Assembly (NCBI GenBank): GCA_963727625.1
Contig: CAVSHR010000004.1
Location: forward strand, 320,001-384,000
Origin: an uncultured delta proteobacterium
GTDB lineage: Bacteria > Desulfobacterota > Binatia > UBA9968
Length of the DNA stretch: 64,000 bases
Reading direction: 5' to 3'
This document shows positions 58,898 through 64,000 of this stretch, in pieces; within the stretch, counting starts at the first letter, position 1; each line of letters opens with the position of its first letter. The notes under the pieces were generated by a model that saw only the letters and a list, made by a program, of their open reading frames with translations, was not told where the DNA came from and searched no databases. A program made the position numbers and the translations under genes.

Positions 58898-58964
58898 CTA
58901 GCGGTCGCCTCCGGTCAAGAAATCCGCCGGGCTCCGAACTCAGCACATGGGTGTAAATCATCGT
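58898..58964 (-). pseudogene. intI: Relic of a second intI 3' end
   Basis: Encodes TMIYTHVL / VRSPADFLTGGDR*, the IntI C-terminus with about 17 nt deleted. Confidence 0.8.
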
Positions 58965-58986
58965 GGCACCTTCGGACCGAAGATTT

Positions 58987-59020
58987 ATTCCAAATGTTCC
59001 AGGTGTTCCAATCGTTCAAC
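58987..59020 (+). repeat. 9-bp-period GTTC(C/A)A array
   Basis: GTTCCA 58996, 59005; GTTCAA 59014. Confidence 0.7.
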
Positions 59021-59050
59021 CCCGTTGATGATAACATCTAACTCGCACTA

Positions 59051-59791
59051 TTAACCCAAAATCCGCTTTGAGCTTCTCGAACCTATTTCCGGCATTTCGT
59101 CCCATGTTCTGCCGTCCAGCTTACGACCCGTAAGCTTCTTTCTCGTCCCGCCCCATTGTTTAAAGAAGAATGGAACCCCTTGAGCGATGCATCGGTCTCT
59201 AATCTTTCTGACCCACTGCGGATCAATAATACGCGCTCCAGGACCAGACTCACCACCGACAATTACCCACTGGATTCCTTGGAGTGGTAATCGAGGAATA
59301 GGTCCCAACAAAGGCTCAACTGAGAGAAACCGGACTGCTGCAGGCACTTTTCGCAAATGCTCAATGCGATAAGCATATTCCGCATTCTCAACGCTCACGC
59401 CCATCCAGATATTGTCATGCCAGGGAAGTTTTCTTGCGAGCTCGAAAACTCTTTCCGCGCGCTTCGTTAAAATCTGGAAGGTATGCCAAGGAGTTTTTCC
59501 CATCACGTCAAAAACCGATCGGATGAATTCAAACGGCACATCAGGATGAAACAAATCGCTCATGGAATTGACGAAAATCTTCCGTGGCTGATGCCAGCGC
59601 AGAGGCTGACCGAGAACATCCGGCTGTAAGGTTACAGCGAAATTATTCCGATACCTCACCTGCCCCATCGCATACAGCCTGCGCGCCATCCGATGCGCGT
59701 AACAGTTCTTGCACCCTGGGCTAATTTTCGTGCATCCGGTCACCGGGTTCCAGGTTGCGTCAGTCCATTCAATCGCCGAATCTTGGGCCAT
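59051..59791 (-). CDS. DUF5131 / phage Gp37-Gp68 family three-Cys-motif (radical-SAM-like) protein
   Basis: [54 protein letters not shown]. Confidence 0.92.
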   Translation of the reverse strand: MAQDSAIEWTDATWNPVTGCTKISPGCKNCYAHRMARRLYAMGQVRYRNNFAVTLQPDVLGQPLRWHQPRKIFVNSMSDLFHPDVPFEFIRSVFDVMGKTPWHTFQILTKRAERVFELARKLPWHDNIWMGVSVENAEYAYRIEHLRKVPAAVRFLSVEPLLGPIPRLPLQGIQWVIVGGESGPGARIIDPQWVRKIRDRCIAQGVPFFFKQWGGTRKKLTGRKLDGRTWDEMPEIGSRSSKRILG

Positions 59792-59801
59792 ATATACCTC
59801 A

Positions 59802-60656
59802 CTAAAATTCGAAGCCTGTTTGCGGGTCTGAATATTTCTTTGTTTCGCTCCAAAACTTTGCACCTAGCTCACTTCTGCTGTAAAGAGCGAGCCTGTATAG
59901 GGGTAAATTTTTTTCGCCGCGAATCAATTTGGATTCGTTTATCCCAGGGTCGATGTATCTGAGTTTCTGCATTGAACGTCTAAATTCCTCAACTACGAAG
60001 CGCTCAAACGACTTACCAGACGGTTTCTCTTTATCCCAGCGAACACGCCAATCGGGGTTCCCAACAAAATTTTCCAACGTCTTATTAACATCCCGAACAT
60101 AGTGCTGCTCGTTGCGGTTTGCGTCCATTGCCGAGGGAATGAGCACCAAGAAATCCACAAATCTTTGTGACAAGCTCTCTATTGTTGAAAAATTTAAGTT
60201 CTGCATCTGAAATGGATCAAGGAAGCAAAAACCTAGCACTTTATGGTTTTTCCCTGGGCGTGGCATCTCAGCAATAATTCGCTCTACTAAAAGGTTGGCG
60301 TCCCCGGAAATAACCGATATTTTTCGATCAGGAAACTCTCGCTGGCACCGTTTTACGAGTGTGTCGGCATTAATTCTATCGCCTTCGCAAAAAATGTATT
60401 TATCAAATGCCTCGGGCATCCCAAGGATCAAAAGAGGAGACGCGTTCACAATTCGCTTTGTTCCCCGAATTCGAGACCGTCCTGAACCCGCAAACAAATC
60501 TAAGTAAATTATTTCATCCCATTTGGTGCGTATGGATTTTATAAAAAGCGACGCATAGAAAAGTACGTGGCGATATTTATCTTCACCCCAAGCGCCAATT
60601 TCTGGGGTTGGTAGCCCGTCCTCTTTCAGTGCTTTAAGAGGCTGTATATTCGCCAT
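59802..60656 (-). CDS. tcmP: Three-Cys-motif partner protein TcmP (methyltransferase-like)
   Basis: [25 protein letters not shown]; adjacent to DUF5131 gene. Confidence 0.85.
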   Translation of the reverse strand: MANIQPLKALKEDGLPTPEIGAWGEDKYRHVLFYASLFIKSIRTKWDEIIYLDLFAGSGRSRIRGTKRIVNASPLLILGMPEAFDKYIFCEGDRINADTLVKRCQREFPDRKISVISGDANLLVERIIAEMPRPGKNHKVLGFCFLDPFQMQNLNFSTIESLSQRFVDFLVLIPSAMDANRNEQHYVRDVNKTLENFVGNPDWRVRWDKEKPSGKSFERFVVEEFRRSMQKLRYIDPGINESKLIRGEKNLPLYRLALYSRSELGAKFWSETKKYSDPQTGFEF

Positions 60657-60845
60657 ACAGGGATTTCCTACCAAACTGTACATACATTACTGCGTCGTTT
60701 CGAAGCAATTAAAATGCACCTACAACGATAGCCGCTGCTTTGAGGTCGGTACCACAACGAATCCTGAAAAACTAGCCAAACATTAGATGGGCTTCCGCCC
60801 ACACTGCATCGAACCGTTCCAGGAGAGAAGTTTCGAAGTTTGACA

Positions 60846-60935
60846 GTTTCAATCGTTCCAACGGTTCGAATGGTTCAATCCGGTCGAATCTGTTTAAACG
60901 ACTGGAACGTTTTGAACGACTTGAACGATTGGAAC
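60846..60935. repeat. Head-to-head 9-bp-period GTTC/GAAC arrays directly after lexA
   Basis: GTTC-type units 60846-60887 then T(T/G)GAAC units at 60903, 60912, 60921, 60930. Confidence 0.8.
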
Positions 60936-60937
60936 TC

Positions 60938-61546
60938 CTAGAATTTTCTCAATAACCCGACGACCTTCCCAGCGATGCGAAACTCTCCCTGTGAAACGGT
61001 AATCGGGGCGTATTTTTCATTTTCCGCTTTAAGCGTGACGACACCGTCTTTTTTAAAAAATCGCTTTAACGTCGCCTCGCCGTCGATCACGGCGCAGACG
61101 ATCTCGCCGTTTTCCGCCCCTGCCTGTTGCTTCACGATCACCCGGTCGCCGTCCATGATGCCGGCGCCGATCATGCTGTCGCCTTTGACTTGGAGCGCGA
61201 AAGTTTTCCCGCTGCTCATGTCGTCGGGGATGGTGATGACGCCTTCAATATTTTCTTCGCTGAGAAAGGGTTTACCGGCGGGCACCCGGCCCAAAACCGG
61301 CGCTTCCCGAGTAGCGGTTAGAGCCGCTTTCCCTAAGGCGTTGACGACTTCGATGGCGCGCTTGCCGACCCGGCGGATGTAGCCCTTCTTTTCCAAGGCT
61401 TTCAGATGGTCGGAGACACCGTTGGTCGAGGCGATCTTGAAGCGCCGGCCGATCTCGTGGATCGACGGCGCGAAGCCCTTTTCTCGGATAGTCTTCAGCA
61501 GAAAATCGTAGATCGCCTTTTGCCGGTCGGTGAGCGATGGAAGCAT
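60938..61546 (-). CDS. lexA: SOS transcriptional repressor LexA
   Basis: LTDRQ..PS..EI..F...STNGV..HL.ALEKKGYI; VPAG cleavage site; GDSM (Ser) and TLKR (Lys). Confidence 0.96.
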   Translation of the reverse strand: MLPSLTDRQKAIYDFLLKTIREKGFAPSIHEIGRRFKIASTNGVSDHLKALEKKGYIRRVGKRAIEVVNALGKAALTATREAPVLGRVPAGKPFLSEENIEGVITIPDDMSSGKTFALQVKGDSMIGAGIMDGDRVIVKQQAGAENGEIVCAVIDGEATLKRFFKKDGVVTLKAENEKYAPITVSQGEFRIAGKVVGLLRKF

Positions 61547-61553
61547 GAAAGCT

Positions 61554-61582
61554 TGTATACTGAAAATATTTTCAGTAGTCAA
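61554..61582 (-). promoter_or_regulatory. lexA promoter with perfect 20-bp palindromic operator
   Basis: TTGACT-17-TATACA, 7 nt before ATG; spacer holds TACTGAAAATATTTTCAGTA (61558-61577). Confidence 0.8.
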
Positions 61583-61613
61583 GACGTGGCGGAAAGCGCG
61601 CAGGAACGTGCTC

Positions 61614-61721
61614 GTTCAAGGGTTCGAGGTTCAAAAGCTCAAGGGCTTAAACCGTGCTTCTAACGCGGTTATCGGACAATCCCAGTCCGGCCCTGAACCT
61701 TGAACAATTGAACTTTTGAAC
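61614..61721. repeat. Inverted 7-8-bp-period GTTCAA/TTGAAC arrays upstream of lexA
   Basis: GTTC(A/G)A at 61614, 61622, 61629; TTGAAC at 61700, 61708, 61716. Confidence 0.75.
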
Positions 61722-61741
61722 GGTGTAACGCGCGAAGTGCA

Positions 61742-63334
61742 TTACACTTTTTTTCGTTGATGCGAGAGATAGTCGACGAGCAGATATTCGCCGAGGCGAT
61801 CGGGGCGGGTGTAAAAGGCGCGTCCCTTGTTGATGCGGGTGAGGTCGTCGACGAAGCCGCGCAGCACCGGGCTGTCGTCGAGCATGAAGGTGTTGATGGT
61901 GATGCCCTTGCGCGTGATCCGTTCGACTTCCTTCAAAGTTTCTTCGGCGGCGCGCTGGCTGATTCCACCAAAGCTCAGCGGCCATTCGCAGTAAAGCCTG
62001 CCCTGCCGGCAGTAGGCGGTCGGCTGGCCGTCGGTGATGACGATCATCTGCTGGTTGGCGCTGGGCTTGCGGCCGAGCATTTCAGTGGCCAGGTGCAGGC
62101 CGTCCTGCAAATTGGTGAATGGATCGCCCATGTTCCAGGTGGCCTGGGGTAAATCTTTCGCTTTGAGCTCGACGGCGCGAGTGAAGAAACCGACGATGCC
62201 GAAATAATCGCGCGGGTGGAGCGAGCGTACCAGACTTTCCATCGCCAGCGCGACTTTTTTCGCCGCGGCAAAGCGCCCTTCCCAGCTCATCGACCAGCTC
62301 ATATCCAAAAGCAGCACGGTGGCCGCGCGGGTGTTGAACTCCGACTCGTAAACCGCGAAATCCTTCGGTCCGATCCGCACCGGCACTCCGCCGCCGTGCA
62401 GCAGCGCGTTCTTGAGCGTCTGAATCATGTTGATGTGCAGCGGCTCGCCCTGGACATAGGGCCGGCTGGTCTCGATGAGCAACTCCTGGGTGCCGCGGTT
62501 GCGTGTAGCATGGCGCCCCATGCCGTCGCGGCGCAGCTGCTGGTAAATATCCCGCAGCGCCAGCTGGCCGACCCGCCGCACTCCCTTGGGGGTCAGCTCA
62601 AAGCGCTCGCCCTGCTCGAGCACGTAGCCGCCTTCTTCGAGCAGCGATTGCATGCGCATAACGCCTTCGAAATCCTGCTTGGGATCCCCGCCCAAGAGCT
62701 TCTCCAACAACTCTTGATCGACGTCCTTGAGCTGCATGCTGGAGAGCTGGGACTCGAGTTTGCGCAGGTCTTCCATGCGCTCCATCAACTCTTGCGATTG
62801 TTGGAACTGCATCGGCGTCTGGCCGCGGAACAAGCTGCCTTCGCGCCGCAGCCAGTTTTCCAGCTTGCGGATCTGCTCCAACTGCATCACTAGCTGTTGA
62901 AATTCCTTTGCCGCGTCGGTGTTTTCGAAAGAATAAGAGGTCAGCTTATCGATCGCTTCGCTGCTCTTGCCCGGCAGATCGTTGAGGAACTGCTTTTTGT
63001 CTTGAACGTCGTTGCCCGCTTGATCCATCTGTTCGAGCGTATCGCGCTCCTGGTCGACGATCGAGTCGAGCTGATCCTGGATTTCATCCATCGCCGACTG
63101 CAAGCGGTATTCGTCGTAGAGCTTGCGCATCTCGCGGGCAACTTGCGACAGCAGATCCTCGAGGCCCTTGGTCTGTTTTTCGCCCTGCTTGATGCCTTTT
63201 TGCATCAGCCGGCGCATGGCCTGCTGCAAGTCCCCGGTCTCGTTCATAAAGTCGTTTAGCTGATCGAACACGGAGTCCGAATCGAGCGAATCGCGCGCGT
63301 TACCGCTCCAGCGACTATAACGATAATGAACCAT
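61742..63334 (-). CDS. vWA domain protein (partner of AAA+ ATPase)
   Basis: YRYSRW N-terminus; MIDAS LLLDMSWSM, TNLQ.GL, ITDGQPT. Confidence 0.88.
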   Translation of the reverse strand: MVHYRYSRWSGNARDSLDSDSVFDQLNDFMNETGDLQQAMRRLMQKGIKQGEKQTKGLEDLLSQVAREMRKLYDEYRLQSAMDEIQDQLDSIVDQERDTLEQMDQAGNDVQDKKQFLNDLPGKSSEAIDKLTSYSFENTDAAKEFQQLVMQLEQIRKLENWLRREGSLFRGQTPMQFQQSQELMERMEDLRKLESQLSSMQLKDVDQELLEKLLGGDPKQDFEGVMRMQSLLEEGGYVLEQGERFELTPKGVRRVGQLALRDIYQQLRRDGMGRHATRNRGTQELLIETSRPYVQGEPLHINMIQTLKNALLHGGGVPVRIGPKDFAVYESEFNTRAATVLLLDMSWSMSWEGRFAAAKKVALAMESLVRSLHPRDYFGIVGFFTRAVELKAKDLPQATWNMGDPFTNLQDGLHLATEMLGRKPSANQQMIVITDGQPTAYCRQGRLYCEWPLSFGGISQRAAEETLKEVERITRKGITINTFMLDDSPVLRGFVDDLTRINKGRAFYTRPDRLGEYLLVDYLSHQRKKV

Positions 63335-63378
63335 GAACGATGCGACGGATAAAGAATTGAGTTAGCGACAAAGGATGC

Positions 63379-63999
63379 CTACTTGCCGTAGGTGACCCGC
63401 CCGCCCTCGATCTCCTTGTTGAGCTTCTGATGGAGATGGAGCCCTTCGAGAACGAACTCCGTCGCCGAGGCCATCAGGGTCGGCGATTCCTGGATTCCCA
63501 GCGACTTGATCGCTTCCTTGAGACCGGAAATTTCCTTGATGCCTTCCAGATAGTCCTGCGCGCTCATCTGGTCGGAGACTTCCACGCCCCAGCCGGAATT
63601 AAAGTACTCGACGACCTTTTGGAGCGAATTGAGATTGAAATATTGATCGAAAACTTTGATGATGGAGCGATTGATCAGCTTTTCCACCAACTCGTCGTCT
63701 TTTTTATCTTCGCCGACGTACTCCATTTCGATCTTACCGGCGGTCGACGGCATCAACGAGTGCAGGTCGCTCACCCGCGGCACGATGTCATTTTCCTTGC
63801 AGCGCAAAGCGCGTTTTTCTGCGTTGCTGATGATGCTTTCGTAGTTGTTGATGGTCACGCGCACGCTGACTCCGGAGGATTGGTTGATTTCGTTCGATTT
63901 GCGCGCCTCGAAGGTCAGATGGCCGAGAATCTCTTTCATGAACTGCGGCACTTCGACTTTGTGGCTGCGGTTATGGGTCTCCGCCGCTTCCTGCTCCAT
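63379..63999 (-). CDS. Mg-chelatase ChlI/MoxR-like AAA+ ATPase, C-terminal part (5' end outside window)
   Basis: SGVSVR, KIEMEY, EFVLEGLHL..KLNK; adjacent to vWA gene. Confidence 0.75.
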   Translation of the reverse strand: MEQEAAETHNRSHKVEVPQFMKEILGHLTFEARKSNEINQSSGVSVRVTINNYESIISNAEKRALRCKENDIVPRVSDLHSLMPSTAGKIEMEYVGEDKKDDELVEKLINRSIIKVFDQYFNLNSLQKVVEYFNSGWGVEVSDQMSAQDYLEGIKEISGLKEAIKSLGIQESPTLMASATEFVLEGLHLHQKLNKEIEGGRVTYGK

Positions 64000-64000
64000 G

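Larger units (their letters stand above)
56053..58964 (-). mobile_element. Second integron platform: intI relic + attI-2 + four cassettes
   Basis: attC at 56053, 56751, 57475, 58149; attI-2 at 58757; intI 3' fragment at 58898-58964. Confidence 0.85.

Noticed and set aside
59051-59791. Prophage implied by the Gp37/Gp68 label
   Set aside because: No structural, terminase or lysis genes in the window

Overview
GC-rich bacterial chromosome segment. The many NMT1/SsuA-type solute-binding proteins, VOC proteins, amidohydrolases and SDRs suggest a soil Candidatus Binatia/Deltaproteobacteria-like genome (inference only). Bases 1-14 kb hold ordinary metabolic and stress genes (M23 peptidase, hsp20-lon, SDRs, amidohydrolase). 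The rest is dominated by the SOS mutagenesis cassette lexA (61.5 kb), imuA-imuB (55.9-53.8 kb) and dnaE2/imuC (17.5-14.4 kb), all on the minus strand but spread over about 47 kb by integron material. I see three co-oriented integron platforms inside this operon: (1) an intact integron integrase (52012-50924) with attI and about 10 cassettes DOWNSTREAM of its 3' end; (2) a relic of a second intI C-terminus (58964-58898) followed by a homologous attI/Pc region and 4 cassettes between lexA and imuA; (3) a solo attI-like site (about 19300) heading a mini-array just upstream of dnaE2, which includes a diverged 410-bp duplicate of the dnaE2 promoter and 5' end. Other notable features: a perfect CTG-N10-CAG palindrome in the lexA promoter; inverted 9-bp-period GTTCAA/TTGAAC arrays that bracket a four-helix-bundle gene and a TcmP-DUF5131 pair and are also inserted in frame in imuB; a RAYT transposase with 24-bp terminal inverted repeats; four TA pairs (one hicA frameshifted by a 4-bp repeat) plus orphan higA copies; and two membrane-anchored TIR proteins. 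No rRNA, tRNA or CRISPR array was seen. All family calls are from recognised motifs, not database searches.
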